DNA of 32,000 nucleotides from Edaphobacter aggregans (GTDB lineage Bacteria; Acidobacteriota; Terriglobia; Terriglobales; Acidobacteriaceae): NCBI RefSeq assembly GCF_003945235.1, contig NZ_RSDW01000001.1, positions 4,470,001 to 4,502,000 of the forward strand, read 5' to 3'. Shown piece by piece: positions 25,217 to 32,000 of this stretch (position 1 is its first letter; each line of letters starts with the position of its first letter). The notes under the pieces were generated by a model. It saw only the letters and a program-made list of their open reading frames with translations, ran no database searches and was not told where the DNA came from. The position numbers and the translations under genes were made by a program.

Positions 25217-25395
25217 AATATACTGGCTCCAGGGCAGTAGTACCCATCACCACAATAGCTTCGATTGCATACGATTGTCAATAGAAATATTATTTCTCCA
25301 TTTTTCCTTATTTTTTAGCGAATCATTTCGTCAAATCTTGATCCGCCTGTTAAATCTTTCTAAAGGCGCGTGAGAACTTCGCATCGCTGCAAAAA

Positions 25396-25921
25396 ACGCA
25401 CGCGGTCATCTTGGTCTGTTGAATGCACAAGGGCGTAACGGAGTCTTTTGGAGTCTTCATCCTCGGGTTCATGCTCTTCCCCATCTGGACCAACTTTGGA
25501 CTGCTGAATGGAACGTCGACAACGCGGCCAACGCGATCGTGAATGCTACCGTTGGGCGATGGTCTGTGGCGCGGCAGGGGGAGCAACTCCGGCATGCAGC
25601 CCGGAGCTATGTTGATGTGGTTCTCGAAAGAGATTGGCCAGCGATGACGAACGACAACATTGAGCTGTTGGAGAGCAGCTTGGTGAATCAGGCAGCTCTG
25701 GGAGATACTCATGTCGGTCAGGCTGCCGAGCCCACGGAGCTTATGCTGAAGACCCAGCAGCACTCTACGAACTGAGCGCGGTGGCGGAGCACCGTCGAAT
25801 TCGTCTGCTGCCAAAGCACTCTCGTCTTCCATCCATCTTGTGGTGGATTCTGATCGTCGGAGGTCTCGTCATCGCCGTCTCGTGCTGCATGTTCGGTGCG
25901 GCGAATGCATGGCTGCATGGA
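25396..25921 (+). pseudogene. Decayed, truncated paralog of the downstream DUF4239 gene
   Basis: The DNA aligns by eye to 26238-26763 at an offset of about 842-843 bp. Homologous peptide runs fall in different frames: ILGFML..W.NFGL, then EQLRHAARSYVDVVLE.DWPAM, then AEHRRIRLL....SRLPSILWW....GG.V...SCCMFGAAN.WLHG. The first roughly 33 and last roughly 45 codons are missing. Confidence 0.75.
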
Positions 25922-26138
25922 GTCGAGTGGCGAGGGTGTGTCCAAGGACGAGAAACAGGAAAAGGTGGAATCTACGGATGTTCCCTGTTTGTTGAGAGGT
26001 GCTTTCGTTCTTCATGTAACTCCAGGATGGTCCACTTTTGCCATTCGGGTCGTGAAGTAACCTAACAAACCTTCCGACTTCAAAACAACAAACATATGGC
26101 TTGAACTGACGGGGATACGCTGCGATAAGATCATCGCC

Positions 26139-26897
26139 ATGCTGGACACAGGACAGAACGTCGTTCTCGCTATCCTCTTCGTGGGAGCCGCTCTTCTTTT
26201 CAGGTGGTTTCTCGAGCGGCTTTGGCCCACAGTCAGGCGCCGGGCGCACAACGACATCATTGGCTGGCAACTCGGCATTCTCGGCACCACCTATGCGGTG
26301 ATCCTTGGGTTCATGCTCTACACCGTCTGGACAAACTTCGGACTGGCCGAATTGAACGCCGACAATGAGGCTAATGCGATCGTGAATGTCTACCGGTTGG
26401 CGGATGGTCTGCCGGCACAGCAACGGGAACAGCTCCGGCATGCAGCTCGCAGCTACGTCGATGTGGTTCTCGAAAAAGATTGGCCAGCGATGGCGCAAAA
26501 CAACAACGAGTCCCTGGAGAGCAGTCAGATCAACCAGCAGCTCTGGCAGATACTTATGTCTGTGAAGGCAGCCGAGCCCACGGAACTCACCGCCGAAGAC
26601 CATGCACTCTACGAGCTAAGTGCAGTGGCGGAGCATCGTCGCATCCGTCTGCTCCAGAGCACGTCTCGTCTCCCCTCTATCCTGTGGTGGGTTCTCGTCT
26701 TCGGAGGCATCGTCACCATCGTCTCCTGCTGCATGTTCGGCGCAGCGAATACGTGGCTACACGGGATTCAGGTGTTCGCCTTCTCATTGTTAGTAGCACT
26801 TGTATTGCTGGCCATCGCCGACATCGACCGCCCCTTCCAGGGTTCAGTGCACGTCCGTGACGCCGCTTTCCGCCGAGCTCAACAGGCTATGAACTAG
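26139..26897 (+). CDS. DUF4239 (bestrophin-like domain) membrane protein
   Basis: 252 aa with TM segments at both ends. The central region NADNEANAIVNVYRLADGLP...REQLRHAARSYVDVVLEKDWPAM is typical of DUF4239 as I recall it. No SD precedes the ATG. Confidence 0.55.
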   Translation: MLDTGQNVVLAILFVGAALLFRWFLERLWPTVRRRAHNDIIGWQLGILGTTYAVILGFMLYTVWTNFGLAELNADNEANAIVNVYRLADGLPAQQREQLRHAARSYVDVVLEKDWPAMAQNNNESLESSQINQQLWQILMSVKAAEPTELTAEDHALYELSAVAEHRRIRLLQSTSRLPSILWWVLVFGGIVTIVSCCMFGAANTWLHGIQVFAFSLLVALVLLAIADIDRPFQGSVHVRDAAFRRAQQAMN

Positions 26898-26942
26898 CCG
26901 ATACTGGCCACACGGCCTCTCTGACGCTGTATTCTTCTTCGC

Positions 26943-27689
26943 ATGAAGGTTCTGATCATCGATATCGGTGGCACCCACGTTAAGGTCGCCTCGAGCGACA
27001 AGCGCGTCCCTATTAAGATCGTCTCCGGCCCCACCATGACGGCCGAGCAGATGGCACAGCAAGTCCTCGCGGCTACGGAAGGCTGGAAGTATGACTGCGT
27101 CTCGATCGGCTACCCTGGTCCTGTAGTCCACGACCGTCCGCTTGCCGAGCCGCACAATCTCGCGCCCGGATGGATCGACTTCCCCTACCAGAAGACCTTC
27201 GGCAAGCCTATCCGATTCATCAACGACGCCGCTATGCAGGCGCTCGGAGGCTATGCGGGAGGACGCATGCTCTTTCTCGGAGTTGGCACCGGGCTTGGTT
27301 CTGCCATGGTCTTCGATGGAATTGTCATCCCGCTCGAACTCGCGCACCTGCCTTACAAGAAACGTCGTACCTATGAGGAGTACATCGGGCTCGCCGGACT
27401 TGAGTTGCGTGGCAAGAAACGCTGGCGCAAATCCGTGCTCGATGTCATCGCCCGCCTTCAGGCAGCGTTCATCTGCGACTACGTTTTGCTGGGTGGCGGT
27501 AATGCCAAGTTCATGACGAATCTTCCCCCACACGTCATCGTAGGCGCGAACGTCAATGCCATTGAAGGCGGCATCCGGCTTTGGCAGGATCCTAACGAGT
27601 TGAAGATCCTTGTAAATCCAGGAAAGGAGCTACCTGCAAAGTATCCGCATAAAATCGGGAGTATCAGTTCTCCGCAAAGCAAAGAATGA
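26943..27689 (+). CDS. ROK-family sugar kinase (polyphosphate/ATP glucokinase-like)
   Basis: It has the N-terminal phosphate-1 motif LIIDIGGTHVKVA, plus INDAAMQALG, LGVGTGLGSAMV and LLGGGNAK. The size and layout are similar to PPGK-type ROK kinases. Confidence 0.6.
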   Translation: MKVLIIDIGGTHVKVASSDKRVPIKIVSGPTMTAEQMAQQVLAATEGWKYDCVSIGYPGPVVHDRPLAEPHNLAPGWIDFPYQKTFGKPIRFINDAAMQALGGYAGGRMLFLGVGTGLGSAMVFDGIVIPLELAHLPYKKRRTYEEYIGLAGLELRGKKRWRKSVLDVIARLQAAFICDYVLLGGGNAKFMTNLPPHVIVGANVNAIEGGIRLWQDPNELKILVNPGKELPAKYPHKIGSISSPQSKE

Positions 27690-27773
27690 GCCGCATAATC
27701 TGACCAGTAATCCAATCGGAACGAGACTCTGCTTTAATCGATTTATTGCTAAGCCAGCAACAGGAGGCCCAAG

Positions 27774-29270
27774 ATCGCCAGTTACCCCAGCCCCGCTTTC
27801 CCCAGTCCTGCTGCGTTCGGTGTCCAGGCATTAGCTGAGGCTCCAGCGGAGCCCACGCCGCTGCCCGAGATCGTCGCGGCACTGCGTTCCGTTGCCTCGC
27901 TCCACGGCCTGACCGATGAGGAATACACATGGCTCGCCGCCCACGCCACGGAACGCGTCGGCTCTGAAGGCTCCATGGTCTTCCGCGAGGGCGAGCCGGC
28001 CTTTCACATGAACATCATCCTCCGGGGAGACGTCCAGGTGCACCGCCGTAAATCCGGCCCGGTCTCTCTCTTCGTCGGTCGCACCTCTGCGGTCACCGGT
28101 AAACTCCCCTACTCGCGTATGAAGACCTGGGGCGCGGACGGACAGTGTGTTAGTCCCGTCTGGGTGCTCGATATCCATCAGGACCTCTTTCCCGCGATGC
28201 TTCTTGCCATCCCCTCCATGGGGCAGCGCTGCGTCAACCTACTACTCGATCGCGTCCGCGACTTCACCCGCATGGACGAGCAGGCCGACAAGCTCATCGC
28301 ACTTGGCAAGCTGGCTGCAAACCTTTCGCACGAACTCAACAATCCAGCCTCGGCAGCGCAGCGTTCGGCTGCCAGCCTATCCACGGAACTTCGCAACTCC
28401 GACGAGGCCAAATATCGTCTTGGCCGGCTCTTTCATTCCGACGAAGATCTGGAACGGTATCGCGACTGGGTCAAGATTGCCCGTGACCGCATTGCAGTCT
28501 TCAACGGATTCTCGCCCATTCCGCAGAGTCCCCTTGAAGCCAGCGATCGCGAAGCTCAGATACAGCGCTGGCTCGAAGCGCACCACATTCCGGCCCCGTG
28601 GAACATCGCGCCAGCCTTGGCTGAGACCATGTTGCCCGTCGACCTGCTCGATCAACTCGCGACAACCGTACGTCCCGAGGTTCTGCCGATCGCCGTCTCC
28701 ACCTTTGCCAGCACGCTTCGCGTTGAGCGCATGGCCGAGACCGTCGTCGACTCCAGTAGCCGCATCTTCGAACTCATCAGCGCCATCAGGGGCTACTCCT
28801 ACATGGATCAGGCTCCCGTTCAGGACGTCGATCTACCACAATCCATAGAGAACACCCTCGCCATGTTTCGCGCCCGAACCGAGCGAGTCGATATCAGGCT
28901 GGAGTTCGATCCCGCGCTTCCACCGGTTAGCGCCTACGGGAGCGAACTCAATCAGGTCTGGTCGGCCATCATCGAAAATGCGCTCGACGCCATGCACGAT
29001 CACGGTACACTGACGATCTCAACCAGGCTCGCAGGCCAAATGGCTACCGTCGAGATACGTGACGACGGCCCCGGGATCGATGCTTCCCTCACGTCGCGCA
29101 TCTTCGAGCCATTCTTCACCACCAAGCCCATCGGCACGGCGCTTGGCCTTGGCCTCGACACGGTACAGCGCGTCGTCAGCAAACACTCCGGCACCGTAAG
29201 CGTTGAATCCAGGCCCCACTTCACCTGCTTTCAGGTGCGCCTTCCCATCAACCGTCTCCAAGCCTACTAG
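27774..29270 (+). CDS. Soluble sensor histidine kinase with an N-terminal cyclic-nucleotide-binding domain
   Basis: H-box LSHELNNPASAA. The HATPase_c domain has ENALDAM, RDDGPGID, FEPFFTTK and G.GLGL. The cNMP-binding fold (LHGLTDEEYTWLAAHATERVGSEGSMVFREGEPAFHMNIILRGDVQV) begins upstream of the first canonical start (ATG 27975, the track ORF). The frame is open back to the stop at 27750-52. A perfect AGGAGG (27762-27767) lies 6 nt before an in-frame ATC at 27774. The minimal canonical ORF is 27975..29270. Confidence 0.7.
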   Translation: MASYPSPAFPSPAAFGVQALAEAPAEPTPLPEIVAALRSVASLHGLTDEEYTWLAAHATERVGSEGSMVFREGEPAFHMNIILRGDVQVHRRKSGPVSLFVGRTSAVTGKLPYSRMKTWGADGQCVSPVWVLDIHQDLFPAMLLAIPSMGQRCVNLLLDRVRDFTRMDEQADKLIALGKLAANLSHELNNPASAAQRSAASLSTELRNSDEAKYRLGRLFHSDEDLERYRDWVKIARDRIAVFNGFSPIPQSPLEASDREAQIQRWLEAHHIPAPWNIAPALAETMLPVDLLDQLATTVRPEVLPIAVSTFASTLRVERMAETVVDSSSRIFELISAIRGYSYMDQAPVQDVDLPQSIENTLAMFRARTERVDIRLEFDPALPPVSAYGSELNQVWSAIIENALDAMHDHGTLTISTRLAGQMATVEIRDDGPGIDASLTSRIFEPFFTTKPIGTALGLGLDTVQRVVSKHSGTVSVESRPHFTCFQVRLPINRLQAY

Positions 29271-29290
29271 CCGGGGAGGGAACTGCAGCT

Positions 29291-29779
29291 TTACACAGCG
29301 ACCGCCAACAGACTCTTCAGGTCCAGATGCCGCGTATACATAGCCAACTCGCCATCTGCATTTCGTGGCCACTGTTCCTGTGGACGGTCCCAGTACAGTT
29401 CGACCCCATTGCCGTCCGGGTCGCGTAGATACAGCGCTTCACTGACTCCGTGGTCGGCCGCTCCGTCCAGCGGAATGCCCACGTCGATCAACCGGCGCAG
29501 AGCATCCGCCAATTCTGCCCGCGTTGGGTAAACAATCGCCAGATGGTACAGCCCCGTAGTCCCTTGCGCTGGAGCTTCGCCGCCCGCGCTCTCCCACGTA
29601 TTCAGCCCGATGTGGTGGTGATACCCGCCGGCCGAAAGAAACGCCGCGGAAGTGCCCATCTTCTGCGTCACCTCAAAACCCAATACGCCTTGATAAAACC
29701 TCAGCGCTCGTTCGAGATCTGCCACCTTAAGGTGGACGTGTCCCATCCTCACGCCTTCATGAATCGCCTTTTTACTCAT
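29291..29779 (-). CDS. VOC-family protein (glyoxalase / extradiol-dioxygenase-like, CatE type)
   Basis: MGHVHLKVADLERALRFYQGVLGF...YHHHIGLNTW...GLYHLAIVYP...EALYLRDPDGNGVELY. The preferred start is the internal ATG (MSKKAIHEG...). The track ORF extends to GTG 29818. Confidence 0.75.
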   Translation of the reverse strand: MSKKAIHEGVRMGHVHLKVADLERALRFYQGVLGFEVTQKMGTSAAFLSAGGYHHHIGLNTWESAGGEAPAQGTTGLYHLAIVYPTRAELADALRRLIDVGIPLDGAADHGVSEALYLRDPDGNGVELYWDRPQEQWPRNADGELAMYTRHLDLKSLLAVAV

Positions 29780-29934
29780 GCTGATTGGATGAGATGAGCC
29801 CCCATCACGCTTCACCACGTGCCCACTCGTTCGAGCCCGCTCTACAATTCACCACAAGCTGGAGTATGCTTTCTTCCAAAGATCGAGACGCGTACGGCGA
29901 CCCCAGGTACAAAACCACGCAACGGAGGAAATTC

Positions 29935-30192
29935 ATGTTTAGTCTCCTGTGGACTCTCATCATCGGCCTGATAGTAGGCGCTCTCGCCAAGTTCATCATT
30001 GGCGGCAAGGAGCCGGGCGGAATCTGGATCACCATGCTGATTGGCATCGTCGGTTCCTTTATCGGAACATGGCTTGGCCGTTTGGTCGGTCACTATCAAC
30101 CTGGCGAATCCGCTGGTTTCATTATGTCGTTGATCGGGGCTCTGATCCTGCTCGGCGTCTATCACTTCTTCAAACGCCGTCAAGCGACTTAG
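29935..30192 (+). CDS. GlsB/YeaQ/YmgE-family (transglycosylase-associated) small stress membrane protein
   Basis: The ATG at 29935 follows GGAGGA (29924-29929). The 85-aa product MFSLLWTLIIGLIVGALAKFI..G..PGG...T.L.GIVGSFIG.WLG is the family signature. The longer track ORF from 29785 is unsupported. Confidence 0.85.
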   Translation: MFSLLWTLIIGLIVGALAKFIIGGKEPGGIWITMLIGIVGSFIGTWLGRLVGHYQPGESAGFIMSLIGALILLGVYHFFKRRQAT

Positions 30193-30211
30193 GGACGAAT
30201 CGTTTAGGCCG

Positions 30212-32000
30212 TTAGCCGAGACGCTCGTGCATCATCTGATGCTCGACGGTCAGCCACCGTCCGTTCGCGGTATGCATCGCGCCGTTATTGGCGGTCGCGC
30301 GCAGCATGGCACCGAAGTCCCTTGCGGGCGCGGGCCGCGAGATGAAGTTGCCCTGTGCCTCGTCGCACTTTCTGCGAACGAGAAAACGCAGCTGCTCGTC
30401 TGTCTCGACGCCTTCGGCGACGACGCGGATGTTGAGTCCATGCGACATCGCAATGATTGTCCGTACGACCGCGGCTGCATTTGGATCCGTCCCTGCCTGT
30501 TTCACAAAACTCTGGTCGATCTTCAGGCGGTCCACCTGATATTGCAGCAAGTATGAGAAGCTGCAGAACCCCGTGCCGAAGTCGTCGATCGAGATGCGCG
30601 CTCCTAGCTCCCGGATTTTCTGCAGCTTGTCCAGATTCCCGCCGGAGTTCACCATCAGCATATTCTCGGTGATCTCGATCTCGAGACTCCGCGCCGCCAG
30701 CCCGCTAGCCGCCAGCGAATTCTCGATGACTTGCACTAGATTCCTTTGCTGAAACTGCCGAGGAGAAAGATTCACCGACACCGTCAGATCCATCCCGAGC
30801 TCATCCTGCAGCGCCTTCCCCTCGCGACACGCTGTCATGAATGCCCATTCGCCGATCGGCACAATCAGCCCCGTCTCTTCCGCCAGTGGAATGAACTGTG
30901 CCGGAGATATCTCACCAAGTCTGGGGTGCGTCCATCGCAACAACGCCTCCATGCCTGTTACAGCGCCGGTTGTCAAAGAGATCTGCGGCTGATAGTGCAG
31001 GCTAAGCTCATGATTCGCGAGCGCATGACGCAACGCATGTTCCATCGACAACCTGTCCGCAGTCTCCTTCAGCATGTCTTCGCTGAAGATCTGGTGCTGG
31101 TTGCGCCCATTCTCTTTGGCCGCATACATCGCCGAATCAGCCCGTTTCAGCAAATGCTTCGCATCCGCAGCGAAGTCCGGATAGATGCACACGCCCACGC
31201 TCGCCGTCACATTTACCAGATGCTCGTCGATCGAAATCTCGGGCGAAAGTTTCGACACCAGATTCGCAGCGCACTGCTCCACGTCAGCCACGCTCGTAAT
31301 ATCCGGCATCACCACCACAAACTCATCTCCGCCCACCCGCGCCACAACATCCGTACTACGCACGGACCGGCGCAGCCTGTTTGCGGCCTCAACCAGAAGC
31401 TGGTCTCCCGCCGAATGGCCCAACGAGTCGTTGATTCGCTTGAACTGGTCCAGGTCGACCATGAAGACCGCAACCTTGGTCCCGTAGCGGCGCGCTCGCT
31501 CTACCGCTTCCACGGTACGGTCACGCAGCAAGGCACGGCCCAGCAGCCCGGTCAGTTGATCGTGCGTCGCCAGATGAGTCACATAGTCCAGCATCTGCCT
31601 GCGCTCAGTGATGTCGAACGCGATGCTCACGAAGCCAGTGATCTCGTCCGCATCCGAGGTCACCGCCCGCACCGCTAGGTTGATCGGAGTGCGCGTGCCA
31701 TCCCGCCGAATCAGCGTCCACTCCGTCTCTTCCATCTCGCCCGCTGCCACCCCGGCGGTCAGGATATCGAACCCATCCCGTAACCTCACGGCTCCGGAAT
31801 CGCCATCCCAAGCCTTTGCCGTCAACTCCCGTTCATCATGCAGGATCGTCAGGGGTGCTTTCCCAACCAGATCTTCACGGTGATAGCCGGTCAGTTTTTC
31901 AGCCGCGACATTCATGGCAGTGATCAGGCCACGTGTATCGGTCGCCACAATGCTAAAAGGGGCGTTCTGAAAGACCGAGTCGGTGAACTCGACCAGATGC
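30212..32000 (-). CDS. PAS-GGDEF-EAL signalling protein (diguanylate cyclase/phosphodiesterase); the N-terminus lies outside the window
   Basis: Intact GGDEF (RVGGDEFVV), with RINDSLGH upstream, and intact EAL (GMEALLRW, DDFGTGFCS, KIDQSFV). The PAS sequence continues in frame to the window edge (HLVEFTDSVFQNAPFSIVATD...), so the GTG at 31948 is not the true start. Confidence 0.9.
   Translation of the reverse strand, partial: HLVEFTDSVFQNAPFSIVATDTRGLITAMNVAAEKLTGYHREDLVGKAPLTILHDERELTAKAWDGDSGAVRLRDGFDILTAGVAAGEMEETEWTLIRRDGTRTPINLAVRAVTSDADEITGFVSIAFDITERRQMLDYVTHLATHDQLTGLLGRALLRDRTVEAVERARRYGTKVAVFMVDLDQFKRINDSLGHSAGDQLLVEAANRLRRSVRSTDVVARVGGDEFVVVMPDITSVADVEQCAANLVSKLSPEISIDEHLVNVTASVGVCIYPDFAADAKHLLKRADSAMYAAKENGRNQHQIFSEDMLKETADRLSMEHALRHALANHELSLHYQPQISLTTGAVTGMEALLRWTHPRLGEISPAQFIPLAEETGLIVPIGEWAFMTACREGKALQDELGMDLTVSVNLSPRQFQQRNLVQVIENSLAASGLAARSLEIEITENMLMVNSGGNLDKLQKIRELGARISIDDFGTGFCSFSYLLQYQVDRLKIDQSFVKQAGTDPNAAAVVRTIIAMSHGLNIRVVAEGVETDEQLRFLVRRKCDEAQGNFISRPAPARDFGAMLRATANNGAMHTANGRWLTVEHQMMHERLG

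Noticed and set aside
25350-26603. Minus-strand ORFs 25350..25832 (160 aa) and 25869..26603 (244 aa)
   Set aside because: They are antisense to the DUF4239 pseudogene and gene. Their mutual similarity (…VVLRHRWPIFFENHIDV…) is only the reverse-strand echo of the plus-strand duplication.
26844-27533. 229-aa minus-strand ORF opposite the ROK kinase, and minus-strand ORFs 27664..27930 and 27831..28178 near the kinase start
   Set aside because: They are antisense shadows with no motifs. The plus-strand frames carry clear ROK and cNMP-binding signatures.

Overview
GC-rich bacterial chromosomal segment. The protein repertoire (choice-of-anchor-D domains, TonB_C-like secreted proteins, DUF4239, many signalling fusions) suggests Acidobacteriota, but that is inference only. 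All family calls come from motif recognition by eye; no searches were run. The core is the conserved, co-oriented rplA-rplJ-rplL-rpoB-rpoC block (12.3-23.8 kb, + strand). Upstream lie the 3' end of a YhhQ-like transporter, an RND efflux pair (adaptor and pump), fumarylacetoacetase, and then an accessory block. That block holds an ABM-like protein, an SPL/PA0069-type radical SAM enzyme, a secreted choice-of-anchor-D plus double-HKD (PLD) protein, and a two-gene module. The module is a seven-bladed lectin-like beta-propeller fused to a papain-fold cysteine peptidase, followed 18 nt later by an orphan 197-aa ORF. Downstream of rpoC are a small secreted protein, a TonB_C-like protein, a decayed and an intact DUF4239 paralog, a ROK (polyphosphate-glucokinase-like) kinase, a cNMP-binding histidine kinase, a VOC/glyoxalase protein, a GlsB/YeaQ/YmgE protein, and a PAS-GGDEF-EAL protein that runs off the window. 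No rRNA, tRNA, CRISPR array, transposase or integrase was seen. The best candidate for something new is the propeller-peptidase plus orphan-ORF pair, a possible lectin-targeted protease toxin with an immunity or inhibitor partner. It sits exactly where the normally conserved rplK-rplA linkage is broken. Other notable points are a Cys8 double zinc-ribbon insertion in RpoB, a histidine kinase whose cNMP domain extends upstream of any canonical start codon (perfect SD followed by ATC), an Ala/Pro/Glu-rich tail on L10, and long hairpin-rich rplL-rpoB and rpoB-rpoC spacers.
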